A stretch of DNA of 64,000 nucleotides from NCBI RefSeq assembly GCF_009834535.1, contig NC_045696.1, positions 78,370,001-78,434,000 of the forward strand, written 5' to 3'. The translations under genes and the position numbers were made by a program. Numbering within the stretch: position 1 is the first letter of the stretch; each line of letters opens with the position of its first letter. The notes beneath the pieces are model-generated. The model did not search any database and was not told the DNA's origin. It worked only from the letters and a program-made list of their open reading frames with translations. This DNA is from Camelus ferus (lineage: Eukaryota). This document shows, piece after piece, positions 12,363 to 27,750 of the stretch.

Positions 12363-13095
12363 ATTGGAGACTTGATTAAATGTTTAGCAGTGAGAAATAT
12401 TCATAAGCAACATTATACAAGAATCAGGGGAAACTTGAGAACAGTTTTGAATTATTAGTACAAATGGGCTGTCCATTTTGGAAGCTATACATGACAAGGT
12501 TCAAGTCTCAGGTTGGATATCTCTCATCTCCCAAAAGGCTTCTGAGCACTTTCTTCTACCCATCCCATAAGTTTATGGTAAATAATTAAAGCAGCACCAG
12601 AAGAAACCCATCAGAACTCAGTTCAAGCAGTGATTTCATCTTGGGTAAGTCATTTCACCTTTTTCTTTTAAATTTAAGATTATTCATCCATACAATAAAA
12701 AATGCTGATATCCATAATACTTAAAATCTATTCTAGTACTAGTATCTATGATTTTAGTTTCAGCACTGGAAAGGTAATTTTACTGAAAAAAATATGATAG
12801 ATTCTCAAATAAAAAATAAATAAGTTTACAATTATGATTCAGATTAAATGATAGAAATTGTATGAATGAGGGCTGTATTTGCTAGGCACAAAGAATTATG
12901 ACTTATTTGTGCAAAAGTTTTTACTCTTAATGCCCCTCATTTTTAAAAAAAAGGACCCATAGCAGTTTAAAATGAAAGACTCACTTACTGATAACTCAAA
13001 GTTATTTAAGATAAAAAAAGCCAGAGATCACATTTAGAAAGCAAAGAAATGATACTAGAATCTGGGATGAGGTGATTGATAAAGCTCTTAGCTTC

Positions 13096-13676
13096 TATAT
13101 TGTTTTCTATTATTGCAATACACATTACTCTAAAACTTAGCATCTTACAGCATCAAACATATATTATCTCATACTTTCTGTGGGTCAAGAATCAGAGTAT
13201 GGCTTAGCTGGGGGCCTCGGGCTCAAGGTCCCTCATGAGGTTGCAGTCAGATTGTTTGCTATTTGAGGCTTTGATCTTAACTGACGCATGATTGGGGTTA
13301 GTTCTGCTTCCAAGTCCACTCACACGCTTGTTGGCAAGATCCAGCTCTTTTTGGGTTGTTGAACTAGGACCTCAGTTCCTCACTAAGCTGTTAGCTAAAG
13401 ACTTCCCTGAATTCCTTGCCATGTGGCCTCTCAACAGGGCAGATTACAACATGGCTGTTGACTTTCTTCAGAGCAATTGAGAGAGAACACCCAAGGTGAA
13501 ATCCACAGTCTTTTCATAATCTGATGTCAGAAGTGGCATTCCATCACTCATGCTGTGTTCTGTCAGATGGAAGGAAGTCAGTCAGTCCAGGCACACTTGA
13601 AGGGAAGGGTATGACAAAAGGGCATGAACACCAAGTGACAGGGATAATGAGACCATCTTAGAAGCTGCCTAACACA
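13096..13676 (-). mobile_element. MaLR LTR, MLT1F/G-like
   Basis: Antisense hallmarks aaaacttagc...ttctgtgggtcaagaatc...ggcttagctggg...ccatcttagaagctgcctaacaca. Confidence 0.75.
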
Positions 13677-14000
13677 GCTCTGTGCAGTCGAAGCAAAAGG
13701 GATCTAAAGACACAATTTGCACAGTTCTTATTATATGATAGAATAAAATTTTTTCTTCCTTTATGGAAATCTCTTCACATCAATAGTTCTAAAAGAATTT
13801 TTTGTATGCAAAGACCACTGAGAATTGTAATGTATAATGTCTTTTAACAGTTGCTTTGTACAATACTCAGAAGTATCTTTTACAGTCATATCATAGTATT
13901 CAACTATGAATGAGGGTATTTAAATGGGAACAAATTTAATGCTACTTACTAGGTATTTAATATGAGAAAGTATCCAGAAAAAAATAGAGACTTAATATGT

Positions 14001-14188
14001 CAGTGTTTTTCAAAACTTTAGTGTGCTTAAGATTAAATTATTCATATACAAAGGTAAATATCCAGGTATACCTCAGTTGTACTAAATTAAATCTCTAGGG
14101 GCTAGGCATAGATGTTTTTTACTTTATAATAAGTACTCCAGATAAGTCTGATGCATCCGATCCAGAAACCACATTTTGAGAAACACTT
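14001..14188. mobile_element. MER5-like hAT-Charlie MITE
   Basis: TIRs cagtgtttttcaaa / tttgagaaacact; about 190 bp. Confidence 0.65.
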
Positions 14189-15748
14189 CTTTATATGGTC
14201 TCTCCCAACAGTCAATTGCCTCTTCTACATTTTTGGCAGATAGTACACTAGAGATGCTTCTGGCTCTGTAGCAGGCATTTCAGTCAATTTCTTATATTCT
14301 CCCACATGCAGACTCTTTGGTCAAGTTAGTGAAAATTTCCAAATCAGTATCAAGCAAAAATCAGAATGTGAAAAGAAAAATTGAGATAAAATGCTTTGCT
14401 TTTTTAATTGATAGAATTCAAGGAATGAAGAGAAATTGCAGAGTTACACATTTGAGTTTCATGTTTGTGAAGTTTTACCTGTCATTATGTTCATGGTGTT
14501 TGTATCTTATGAAAAGGTTTATCCATGAATACAATCCTTACTACCTGTTACCATCTCACTATATTGCTACCAATTAACTTCAGGAATAGGCAGTAGAAAA
14601 CACATGAATTCTTAAACTTATTCTCAAACTGGTCACAATTCTTACTTAACTATAAATCTTTTTAGGTATGAAGATGTCCAGAAAAGTGATGATCTTAAGT
14701 AAAATTACATTCCCAGGTAAGTGACATACAAGTGATTGGCTATGCTGCTGCCCAGAACAGTTCGCATTTAAGGACTAGGTTAAATGATACAGCAAATGGA
14801 TAACCATTGAATAGTTTTGATGTTATCAGCTATATAAAGCTTTATGATTTGAAAAATAACATAGCTTTCTGGAAGAACTAGAATTAAAGACACTATAGTC
14901 AATTTGGATATTGATAATTATTATTGATATTTATTATATATATAACTCTACCACTAGATTAATTATAAATTCTGTCATTACAAAATAAGAAAACTACTAG
15001 AGAATGACTAATTTTGACACCTTTAAAAATATCTGTACAGCAATCCTATAAGGAACAAGGAGCATGGACAGAAGTTTTAATGTGTATGACCTACCCTGAA
15101 TTTAGACAATTTAAAATTAAAACCCCCTTTATCCTACATAATAGAAAAAAGTGCTTAATAATTTGTTAAAAATTTACCAAACTCCACAAATATAAATAAA
15201 GCAGCAAAAATGGTGATGCAACTATTTCATATAAATAGAGTGAATTACTGCCTCAAGCTATAAAGAGTATGGGAACAACAAAATAAAAGAGCAGCTCCAG
15301 CTGTTATCAGAAACAGAAATAGGAAGAAGCTCTTTCATTTGTAAAAGGAAATGACACGTATTTCCTGGTCTCTAACAGAAAACACATGCAACATTTTCTC
15401 CCACTTACAGTCTATTACACATGCTATTATGTATTAGATTATTAGAATGCTCTTGCTGTCTTTGACATTGGTAGATCTTCTTGTAATTAAAACAATCTAG
15501 GATTTGAGTAATGTGTAGGAAATCTGGATTATACAGGAAGTGGGTGGATTTTGGCATTTACTCTGGCCTGATAAACAACACCAAATCCTAGAATACTAAA
15601 CCACTAAGGTAATTTTTCCATCTGACAAATCAGAGTGATAACTGCTTCACCCAAAGGTATAGAGAACTTACAAACATGAAATTGATGAGAACAAACTCTT
15701 CCAGATTCTTAATAAATTTGTACCATATCACCCAATATAGTGTTCTAA

Positions 15749-15774
15749 CATCATCATCATCATCATCATCATCA
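15749..15774. repeat. (CAT)n microsatellite
   Basis: Direct reading. Confidence 0.95.
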
Positions 15775-17576
15775 CTAGTATTCAATGCAACATTTAGTGA
15801 GAACTTTCCATTTTTTTTAGATATATGCTGGCTATTGGAGATATAATTTGAAGTAAGACACAGAATGACCCCTTGAAGAGCTCATGGATAAGTGGAATTA
15901 TCTATTTTGCATTACTCTAGAAGATTAGATTTAAATTAGGAATTTTTAAATGTACACTTAAGAAACTTTTATACATGATACTCCCCATAGATCCAAAAAG
16001 ATCAGGTCAGTTACAAAAAATTATATATTAAAAATATAATTATAAGTGATATTGATGATGATGAAAAGCTACTTAAGCACTGATCATTTTAATTTTCTTA
16101 ATCAGTCACCATTTAATCTCATTCCTGGGTTCCTGAAAATTTCCTACTAAAATGCATTTAACTGATGTCCAGGAAACACTGCACTCTCCCAAGTCTTAGC
16201 GATCCTGGAATATATCCCTGCACTTCGATCTCATCAATGAGTTGTATGCTTGTCAAAATCAATTGTATTTATTTTCAAAACATTCATTTGCCAGTTGTGT
16301 TTAATACTGAAATTACGCAACTCAATTTTTATAAATACTAATAAAAGATGAGTATAAAAAGGAGAGGTTTCATCTATGAAAATTAGGTCAAAACCTTTAG
16401 AATGACTCAGTAAAGACAAGGCTGGTAACGGAGAGGATTGGCAGACACTGTTGCTTCCCTAACCCAACATCCATCCCCAGACCATTCACCACTGTGAGAC
16501 TGCACTGTATAAGCCAGGTCAGCTAAGTACTGGAAAACTGATGTAGTCATCTGGGACAGTTCTAGCCAGATGAGTTAGAATTTAGAGTTGAAGGGCCTGG
16601 CCCAACCCCTCAGTTTTAGCAGAAGCCTGGTCTAAAACGTCCCTGTAGAGGGGTCACAAAGTTTTGTTATTCATTCTACAATAGGGATTTACCTGATGAG
16701 TAAGTTGATTTCTTTGCGGGAAACATGAGTAGTGAGAAATAGTTTTTCATTTTAAGAATAAATTTGCCAACTTCTCATTTCTGTCATTCTGTTTTGCCAC
16801 CAAGAGTAAGACAAAGGTAAGACTATTTCTTTATCCATTTGGCAGGGTTCTGTGTTCTATTCCACCCACCTGCTCTCTAACTTTTTTATTTCTGGGGTAA
16901 TATCCGCTAATTTTTTTCCAAACATTTCTCACATGAAATGCCTTTCAGATAAATTGTCACTAATGCCGACACTCTCTGGGCATGTTCCATCTGTCAACAT
17001 ACCAGAATAAGAATAATAAACTTGGAATTGACCACAGTATTTCCAAGTCCAACTTACTAATCAATAGATAAGTATCTTTTGAGTTTATGATATCTCCTTG
17101 GAAATTCCAGACATGTCTCTCTGGCATCTTTCATAATATAGGTACTTAACATGTATTAATATAGCTTAAGATTATGTTTACTTTTTTTGATTTCCATAAG
17201 TCTTGCTACTGTCTTATGTATATCCTGTGTCATGAGATTCTCCTTTTCCTATTTTTTGAGTCTGAATTCAAATGATCAGTCACAACTTACTTTAGCTGAA
17301 CTCCCATTTTCTTTTATGTAATCATCACATTGGTGGCTACTATTGGGTGGGGGGCACGTCAATGGGCCAGGCACTGTTCTAGGTATTTTACAGTTAAATT
17401 ATCTCTAACCTGCTCTACAACGTAACAAGATAAGAATGGATGAGTTAAAGTATATGGTTCAAAAGGCATACACAGATATAAGATTATTCTATGCATCTCT
17501 TTTGGTACCTAATAGCTTCCTTCTCCAAAAGATATTTGAAAGAGGGACCAAAAGAGGTTTGAACATTTCTCTTAGA

Positions 17577-17709
17577 GCTGTGCTGTACAAAGAGTGGTCC
17601 AAGACCAAAAGCATCAGCATCACCCAGGCAGGATCTCAGGCCCGCCATGAGCCCTGATGAACCAGAACCACATTTAAACTAAACCTCCAAGAGAGTCATA
17701 GAGGCACTG
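17577..17709. mobile_element. MER5A-like MITE fragment
   Basis: caaagagtggtccaagaccaaaagcatcagcatcacc...tctcaggcccgcc. Confidence 0.6.
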
Positions 17710-19059
17710 TCTTAGAGACAACCTGCACCACCATCTTCTCAGATACACACTCCTGTTCCATAAAAGAGGATCATTTGAGTGAACATTTTCTAGTCTCTTG
17801 TTCTTCTGCAAAGGAGCTAATCCTGGGGTTATAGATGGATTGCAGTGTCAAGTCCATGCTTATGTGTGCTAAAATGTTCTCTTAGATTTGCCCTGCACTT
17901 ATACAGTTGTTCCTGATCAGTGGCCCATTCCCACAATCGTTGTTACAACTGAAAGTATACCAGATCACTCCACTTACCACCCACCTCCTCCAGCATACTG
18001 CCTTTCTGACCTGCCTGGACCTGTGTGTGCCAGGCAGACCTCGGACTTTGCAGTTGGCCAGGTAACCATTTAGGCTCTACTTGATAGACTCAAATTATCT
18101 TCTTCTAAAGATCTCAAGGCCCAAAATTGAACTTGGAACAGGTGCTGCCATTTGGTTTCAGACCAAAGCTATATTATCCAAGATAGTTTGACTGAAGACA
18201 GTTCATGTCTACATTTGAGGAAAGATTACTAGGAACCCAGTCATTAATAAATTGTATCTCACATCCCACGTGTGATCTCTGTGTCTTTCGGTTGGAGGTT
18301 GAATATTAGGCCTCCTATGTGCATTCTCTCATTGCTGGTAGGGCACCATAGAAACAGAAGCTCCATCAGGTGCTGTATCTCAGACAATTCATCACTCAAA
18401 TATTTTAAGAATGGTTGAAAAATTCCCCATATTACCTGAAATTACACTCTCTGTACATGTTAGATTAATTACTTGCCACATGATCAGTAAGTCTGAACTC
18501 CATCAATTCTCTCTAAAATAGACTTCAATAATTTACATTTTCACAGCTGACACTTTCAACCCCTATCCATGTATCAAGCGTGCGATCACAGATTTAAGTA
18601 GATGGAATTATCAAATTGGCTTGACTTTTATAAAACAGTTGGATACACTGATTCCAAATAAAAACATTCAAGTATCCAACGTCTTTATGTGTATAACACT
18701 CCACATCCAAAATTATTTTGGATTTTATTTTTGCAAAATTATATTTTAAATGATTACTAAATAGTAAATTTGGGTTAAAAAGTGACAACTAGGTATCTGG
18801 GAAGGGCTGAAATTAGAACTTGAGTCCCAGATATACCATTTACTAACTCTATAACCGGGGAAAATAGATTTTTTAAAATTTAATATTCTAATGATGAGAA
18901 TAAAATGCGATAATATGATATTCTATTAAAATGTAAGGTATTATGTACATTGAAATGTACTATTCTATCTCAAGGACTGCTTTAGATCATTATGCAATAA
19001 ACTTCCAAAATGTAGGATTTAGTTAAAAATTTAGTATATTGTGACAGTGAAAAATAACA

Positions 19060-19262
19060 ATGATAATAATAGCTAACATTTACATAGCCCTTTTATTTGC
19101 CAAAAACTCTTCTAAGCACTTTATGTGTATTATCTCATTAAATGCTCCTAATATAATACAAGTAGATATTATTATTATTCCCAATTTACAGATGAGAAAG
19201 CTGAGAGATATGGACTTTAAGTGATTTGCCCAGGGTTATAAACTGATAATTACAAGTAGAGG
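19060..19262 (-). mobile_element. MIR SINE
   Basis: aataatagctaacatttac...ctaagcactttat...tttacagatgagaaagctgag...taagtgatttgcccagggt. Confidence 0.85.
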
Positions 19263-20149
19263 ATGTGGTATATATCTACATCTATAACTAAAACTGTATC
19301 TATACATATAGAGAAAGTGTATATATGTCAACCTAGAACCACCCTAAGTGTTCACTGGGCAAATAATATTAATCTTTCAAAACGTGGTAGTATGCTTTTC
19401 AAACTGCTTTTGAAATTTGCTCAAGTTTTCAAAATGCTAATTTTAACTGTACGTGACATATTTTCCTTCAAATATCACAAAATCTACTCCCCTCCTGTGA
19501 GACTCACAGGACAATTTTTAGACATGGGCTTGGACCGTAAGACAGCCTGTAATTTTGATTTTAGGAAACTGAAGGATATTGGCAAGTGAAAAAGCCTCAT
19601 ATTAAATTTTAAGTATATAATCTCATTTTACACCAGAATTATAAACAAATTTTGGTGCTAATTCATATAAGCTCAAGGACCATAGATTTAGGCAGCTGTC
19701 ACAGAAGCTTAACTCATTGAGAGGATATGTTTAGAAATGGAAAGCTAGGGTAGATTGTTAGACTTACAATTCCAGAAAGTGCCAGAAGCTAAAGGAAATA
19801 GAATGGTTTGGAATAATTGCCAAGTCACCTATTTTCTTTGTTTTTAAGTAGTTCTTTGATATCCCTGATACCTGTATATTTTTAAGCTTTGACATCTGCT
19901 GCTACACCATATGAAGGGACCTCGATTAGAAATTAAAAGGGAAAAAAACACATAGAAAGAGAACTGTCTTTTTACATGATAAAATAATAGTAGTAATTTT
20001 AATGTTGCTTTTTAGAGCAATGTTAACTATCATAGACAACTGTCTTCACCTTCAAACTATTCTTTAGTGTGGCATTTTAAATTCACTTAATCCAATAAAA
20101 GTTAATTTTACTGGAGAAAAACATGATTTCCCTTCCTTCCATCCTTCCT

Positions 20150-22620
20150 TATTAAATTTATCTAAAAATTAGAGTATAACCAGATTACAACATTTTGGAA
20201 AAAAATTAGAAATGTCCTCTAATTGCATTTTGCGTACATAAGAAATACTACTTTCAAACGTAGTTCCTCCTAATTTTTTTCATGTAAAATTTCCACACAA
20301 ATGTGGGTATAAATACCCTTATTAAATCCTGATGTTTACACTTAACATAATCACATATGTACCTATGTATTTACAATTATCAATGTATGTGAATGCGTAC
20401 GTATATACGAATGTGTGTGTATAGGCGTATGTGCGTGTTTATTTAATTCTTTCTTGGACACTTTAATAATTAAATAATATTCCAGCAAGTAAAAAGGGAA
20501 TCAATTCTGACCGAATGATCCATTAACTTCTTCATGTTTTCACTCTAATATATAACAGGACAATGAATATATATTTATAAAGTTTCATAATACCTTAAGG
20601 ATGTTATATTAGGATTCCCAGAAGTAGAATTACTGACTCAAAAAGTGCAGATTTTTAAGTCATCAATGTGGTTTCCAAATTGCTAGCAAAAGACCGTCCT
20701 GGTTTTACTTCATCAGCAATGTTTGCCCAGATACTCCGGCCAGCACTGGGTTTTACATTTTTTGCTCACTTAAAAGTATGAAAAATGACACTTTTTTGCT
20801 GCTCTGATTTGCATTTGTTTGATTACCAACCAGGCTGAAGACAGTCATATGCTCTTTTCACTCCCTATATCTTCCCTCTGTGATTTGTCTGTTCATGGCC
20901 TTTGTATAGTGCTTGATTGGGGCATTTACTACATTTTTCACTACTATTTTAAGAGAAAAGGTTAATATCTCACATATATTAAACTTACTGTTACATACAT
21001 TAAATTTTTTAGTCATTTGATTATTTTTTTTTATATTTTAAGAATTCAAATTTTCTTTTGTCTTTAGTTTTTTTTTTGCTAGTGACTTGTTATATTATTT
21101 CTAGCTTAACTGCATTTCTTCAGCCACCCTTCCCCCTCCATAATTTCAAAGTCCATTTTTATTGTATTTTAATTTTCTTATAGTTTGGGTAAAATTTTCT
21201 CTATTTTAAAAGCAACATGTAGTCATTGTAAAAAAAGGTTTATACACATACAAAAATTTATGCAATTAAAAAAGCCAAAGATTCCATCACAGATGTGATC
21301 TCTGATAAGATTTAGTCATATTTCTTTCAACTTATTTCCAAAGATTTTTAACTTATTTGAAAGCATATAGTATACAATATTTAGATTATATTACAGATAA
21401 TTCTATGGTATAAAAATAATACTATCCTGTATATTAAAGTATATTTCTGAATAGGATCTTTTGTTAGATCATTAGACATTACAGGTTAATATTAACATAC
21501 AATTTTAAGGTTTTTGATGTACATTGTGAAACTGCCTCCCAAATTGTTTATATGAATTTACATTACTTCTAGAAATGTATGCCTGTTTCATTTACCCTGT
21601 CACTGGTGTATTACATTTATTTGCTAATTTGATAGGCAAATATGCTATTTTATTTCTATTTTAAATTCTATGTCTTACAGATCAACAATGTTTATCCCCT
21701 TAATTAATCTGAAATTATTTTGATAATCTATAAATTAAAATTGCAATCCCAAAATAGCTAACCAATTTTGCAGTTTTAGTTTTGTCCGTTATCTATGATA
21801 CCATCTGATTCTGGGTAGTTTATTAAATTCTACTAGTTTGTTGTTGTGCTTGTAACATAGTATTTTAATAGTTGGTGCTTTGTAAATGCATTAATATCTG
21901 ATAGAACTAGTTCTGACCTCAATATAATTTTTTCCCTTAGTATTTTCTTTAACAGTCCTGTCTGCTGTTTTCTTTTTTTTTTTACCCAAACTAAATAACT
22001 ATTGACATTTTTATTGAAATTAAATATATAAAACTAATTTTTAAACTTTTATTTAAAAGACCTGTACATATCTTGCTAAGTTTATTTCTAAATTGTTAGC
22101 TTTTTGTTTTTTTTTTTTAAATAGAACTTTTAACATAAAGATCACAGGAACATACAAATGGTTCTGAATTTTAATTTTGTTGATGTTGTTCTTTTCTGGC
22201 TACTTAAGCATATACCTTCAGACTTTCTAGGAAAAAATTATGTTACATGCAAATAATCATACTTTTGTCTCTTTTCTTTCAATATATATTCATTTATCTT
22301 CCATATCTTATTTTCTTAATAAAATCTATAAAACTATTTTTATTATGTATAGTGATAATGGGCATCTTAGTTTATTTTAGCTTTTGCCATTTGCATGTTT
22401 TAATGTTGGCTAAGGTTTTAGTGTGTGTCTTAATATGAAAAAATTATTTCACTATTCTCAACTTTATTAGAAATGATTATTAACATTAGAATTTCTTTCC
22501 AACAAGTGAAATATTGCATTGTAAGACTTATTTATACTGAAGCTACCCTTGCATTTCTGGGTAAAACTCTGTTTGGTGGTATCACAGAATTGAATTTCAG
22601 TATTTCTAGTTTCTATTTAT
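20150..22620 (-). mobile_element. Highly decayed ancient L1 (L1ME-like) fragments
   Basis: T-rich with L1 relic phrases (cccagaagtagaattactgactcaaa, tttgcatttgtttgattacca, gataatgggcatctt). Boundaries approximate. Confidence 0.55.
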
Positions 22621-25600
22621 TAGTATTTCCCCAGCAGTTTAATATCTACATTTAAAAGAGACTTTTTCCTGTGATAATAGAAAAATAAATTTCCTGTCAG
22701 TATGGCTCACAGATATTATAATTAAATAATGGTCAGAAAACACATTTTGAATATCTGAATTCCCCAAGTGATTGATTTCTACATATAAAGATATCGATCA
22801 TTAAATGATTGTTTCTCTCATTTTATATTTACTTAGTGATTACTGTTCATAGAATCAAGATAAAGAAGGAGTTAGTTGATACATACCCACATGTAACTTG
22901 CCAAATTATGTATAAGCAAACACTATCTATACTATGTACATTCAAGCAAGGAATTGGTCGCAAATAAAGTTTTTCACAACTTTGGTTTGGCCTCTTCTTA
23001 GCCACTCCTTCTCAGGAAATTTAGTTGGAGTCAATCTGAGTAGTTCCCTTAACCACTGTAGTTTTCCACATTTCTCTCCTTTTATTCACATCATGCCTTC
23101 ATTCTGAAATGTTCTTTCTACATTTTCTGTACTTTCTGTCCTTTTTTTCTCTTTAAAATCTACCTCAATAGTTATTTCTTTAGCTTCCCCAATCAAAAAC
23201 TTGTTTCATGCAGCCACCTTCTATGCTAATATTATTTGCATGCCTTTGACACTAGAGTCTGAACTCATCCAGGATGATAACAATGTCTATTTACTTCCTT
23301 ATCCCCTGGAGCCATGTAATAGCAGTTCATTAACTCCTACCACTCAACAAATAAGTGGTATGAGATTCCTCATTACAAATTTACCCTGCCCTTCATACCT
23401 AAATGGATTGAATTTCAACTAAGGAATGTCTAATAGTGAAGAAGAATTATTTTTCTTTGCTCCTTTATATCTTCTGTTTCACTACTACTCTGATCGAATG
23501 TTAAAGTCATTGTCTTAGTTGTTATAGAGAATGTTTTACAGAGTATTGATACAGATAACATCTTAGGGACATTCATGACCTCTAGCTCACCTGCAAGATG
23601 AAACCATGGACTGGACTCATGGAGAATGGTGCAGTGAACTTCTCTCTATGCACTTCTTTTCATAAACATTAAGGGGAAAATATCACACACGGACACCTAA
23701 GCTGCCAGTCCCCAGAGAGACTTGCTTTTGTAAACCGAAAAGAAACTTCCTTCACAGCTGCTTTAGCATTAAGAAGAATGTCCTTTAACCCATTTGACAG
23801 ACACTTCTCATATAATCACATGGATGTTGATCTTAGTTAAATACAGGTATACAAGAGGAAGAGAATTGTAAGATCAGAGAAACAATTAAAAGAATCAGCT
23901 GAATTCCTAGAAGCTTTCTTTTTTTCTTCCATAGAAACATAAGGTAATTCAGTCATGTCTTGTCAAATATTAATGCAATGTTTTTTTAATGCATGGATTA
24001 TAAGATATCATCTGTGTCACCTGGCTCTGAATGTTGGATCTGATTTTAGGTTTGTCCTTTTCAGTCACTAGAGCAGAGAAGCAAGGATGGAGAAGGAGAG
24101 AAATAAGGGCATACACCGGGCAGACAACGGCGGCCAGCCGGAGAGGAGGCAGGAAACTAAAGGCAGGTGGTACAGTCAGAAGGCTAGAGGACGCTAGATG
24201 TAAATCCCACATCCTTTTGTTTGTCTTAATTTAAAACGCTGAAGAAGAAAAAAGAAGCAGTTAAAAGAGATTATAAAACAGCAAGGTTTATAAGCAATTT
24301 TATGGCCTAACAGACTAACAGCAGTTTAAAGTACTGATTGAAAACTCGAAGTAAAGAAACATCATGAGGAAGGCTAAATTTTAATAGAAATATCAGAAAT
24401 TTTCTAATGGTAAATTTAGTTTTGTGTATGTTGGAAGAGTCAGAGGTTTAGGCAAAGGGAAAACATACTTTACAGTTTGACAGAAGTTACCAACTATAAG
24501 TAAGCCACAAGTCACTATGAGAATTACAAAGCATATTTAAATAGTTACATGGGGCCCTTGCATAATGCTATAGAATATAGCTACTGTTTCTCTGAAAGTT
24601 GTGCCTAATATATTACAGGAAATAATTACAAATTTTTTGAGGTTCAAGTCTGAACAAAGGGAATCAAATGCTTTTACTGTCACGCAACATTTTGAAACTG
24701 ATAACATTGTAATAACTTGTGGTTTGCAGTTAACTAAGCAAGTAATTTGACTCAATTTATAAGTTTATGTTGATACAGTAAACACTATTCAAACAGCACC
24801 ATAATAATAGAGTATTTTGAAATCTATTACAACAAAACAAACCATATAATTACATATTTATGCTAGTTACTGCTAGACAATGGAACATACGCACAGAATA
24901 CAAATGTTCAGAGCAAGATTGGTAAGCTTGATAAAATAAATGCCCTAAATGATATGGGTCACTATTTCAGATTCTTCAAATGCAAGGTTCTCTCTTAGGA
25001 TCACATCCTAAGAGAAGCAAGTCCATAGTTTTATATAAATTGGTAATATTAGCTACAATAAAAACTACAGATAAGTAACTCCAAAAGAAGCAAGGAAGCA
25101 AAGTATCTGATTAACGTGGAATGAAGTCTGCTTCTTGAAGCCTGCTATTTGAACTGAAGACTAATGCACTCAATGAAACAGTAGCTTACTTTTACTATAA
25201 TGATTGAACGATTTCCTTTTTTATCTATCTACTCTTTTCACCCTATCATTTTTTTGATCCAGCCTGAACTAGATCCTCAAAAATCAATCTGATTGGTATT
25301 ATTCCATAATACCATGCTTTTGAATTTAAATCCAGTGAGCTTACTTAACGATAAAATATCAATGACAGTAAAATTAGTTCTGTGAAATAAGAGCTAAAAT
25401 ATACTTTATAATCATCATAGTCCATAAAATGAAAAATTCCTACCATGATTTCAATAATTCAGCAAATAGTATAGGGCCCTGATGGGCAAAATGAAATCAA
25501 CCAAGTTCCTAAATGATTCATTTTAAACGCATTAACCTCACCACCAAGCTCTGTGGGTGTGCATCTTCATGCGCAATGCCTGTAACATTAGTGACTCTTG

Positions 25601-26749
25601 CCTGAAGTTACTTGTTGAAGAATAGAAGGTCACAGTTAATACATTTTTAAACATCACCATTTCCTTAATATTTGGTATCATTTAAATATTAAAATACTCT
25701 TCAGAAGAGAAGAAAAGCATAATGCAGCTAGGTTTCATGAAATTATTTCCAAACATTAAGAAACAATAATCCCTAGACTTCACTGTACTGCTTCAATATC
25801 TTAATTGGATTCTATGGTCATTTTAATCCAAACATATTACCTTGGACTATTGTGCCTCTTGCCAGATTTTTAATTTGAAAATGAGTGTTTATATTGCTAA
25901 AAATTAACTCAAATTGAGACTTCCAGATGTTGATGTATTTGCACAGGTGTCTACTCTTCCCTGCCCCATATGCCCATTAAAAATGGATGCTGGTTTTTAA
26001 GAATAAAAGAAACTTTTTGTGTAGGCTCAAAGCCAAAAAATGGTGCTATTCCCAAGCCGGAAATATCAAAGCCTTTCAACATTCATGCAGCTGGGCTAAA
26101 GAAGTCACTAAGGGTCAATCTTTTGAGCACTGAGTAAAATTATTCTGCCTAAAAAATAAGTGGAATAGCTTCTAGTGGATTCCCACAAAAAAGCCCTTCA
26201 CTCAAAGACATTGGAGGTGAGAATAGACAGAGCTTGAACTATGCAGACCCTATATAAATGGACTATTTCTTCACTGCTGCTGACTGACTGGCTCTATTTG
26301 GAGGCTTCAATTCAGGGAAGTATCAAAGATCACTTCAAATGCGAGTGGCTACAGCATGCAAAAACTGCATAGGGCTGGCAACATGCCACAATGCAGTCAA
26401 CATGCCGTGGACTGTATGACAGAAGCACCCGGCACTGCTGCTTTTGTCTCTAACATGGTAAACTCGTCATAATTTGAAGGAAGAACATCACAGGAAATCT
26501 GTCTGAGTCAGACGAAAACAATATAAAAGGAAAACATACTTCTGAGTTTGCCCACAGATGTAACTCCATACCCATTTTCTACATTGTTGGAACTTAAAAA
26601 TGCAGTGTTAAGTAGGTAACACTCCAATCTTTGACCAAACTTACTGACAAAACTCAGATGTTGGAGAAAAGTCTACGGTGGAAGAGACAGCAAGGGAACA
26701 GCTGCTGGATCAGAGCTACTGGATGGATCTGAAGCATTTATATCAAAAA

Positions 26750-27750
26750 ATCAGAGAAAAAACTGATAAAATTCTCATTCACAGTTAAAGTAAGATTTAA
26801 GAGAATATTGCATCAAAGAAAATAAGTGGAATACAAATGGAAAAATACATAATCAGGATAATTAATTGCTTGGGATAAAAATATGCTTTTCAAATTTAAA
26901 ATTGGTACACAGGCCATGAATAACAGACTGGATACTGTAGAAATAAAAGAAGTGAATCAGAAGACAAACTGAGGACATTCTCCCAGAACTCACAGGAAAA
27001 ACAATACAGAACAACAATGTAAAGAACTGATCAGAGATCTGGAAGGCATCCAAGAAGATGAAATCTACTTACAATAGAAATTCCAGAAGAATGATGAAAA
27101 AGGAAAAAAAATCAATGAAATCAACCTCTCCAAATTTAAGAAATACCTGAGTATATAGATTTAAGTGTCCGAGTTCTCCCCCAAAATGAAACAAGAGAGT
27201 AACAACTAGAAACGTCATAGGCAATTTCTTGAATTTCAAAATCTCTCCAATTATCTATGCTTGAAACAAAAAGAGAGCTTAACTCAAATTTTATTCATGT
27301 GCTACTAAAAACCACAAAGCAACTGAGCATTGTCTTCAAGGTTTTTTGGAGAAAAAGTTTTATTACCCAGTCAGAGTATTTGTGTGTGAAGGCAACAGTG
27401 TGTATTTGTAATATGTACAAGAGGTGTTAAATACATTTCTGTTCAGGACAGCTACCTAAAGCTATTCTCTAGCTACTTGGGAGATGAAAAAATGAAACCA
27501 AGAAAATTACCATCATGATATAAATATAAATTGCTTGATATTGGAATGACATAGAACAAAATGCAGATGATTATTGTTAGTTAGAAATCCTAAGCAAATC
27601 TCAAAAATGTCTTGAAAGAATAAATATAAATATGAAAAATAATAATTCAATAAAATAAAATGAATTTAACAATCAAGACTACATGAATAAAAAATGAAAG
27701 TAATATGAGAAGTGAAGGATACTAAAATTTTTACTTGGCTAGGAAATAAT
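26750..27750 (+). mobile_element. Decayed L1 ORF1/HAL1-like relic
   Basis: A-rich with ORF1-like phrases (aataacagactggatactgtagaa, gaagacaaactgaggacattctcccagaa, aatagaaattccagaag). Confidence 0.5.

Noticed and set aside
24113..24200. Small CpG cluster
   Set aside because: About five CpG in under 100 bp; too short to call.
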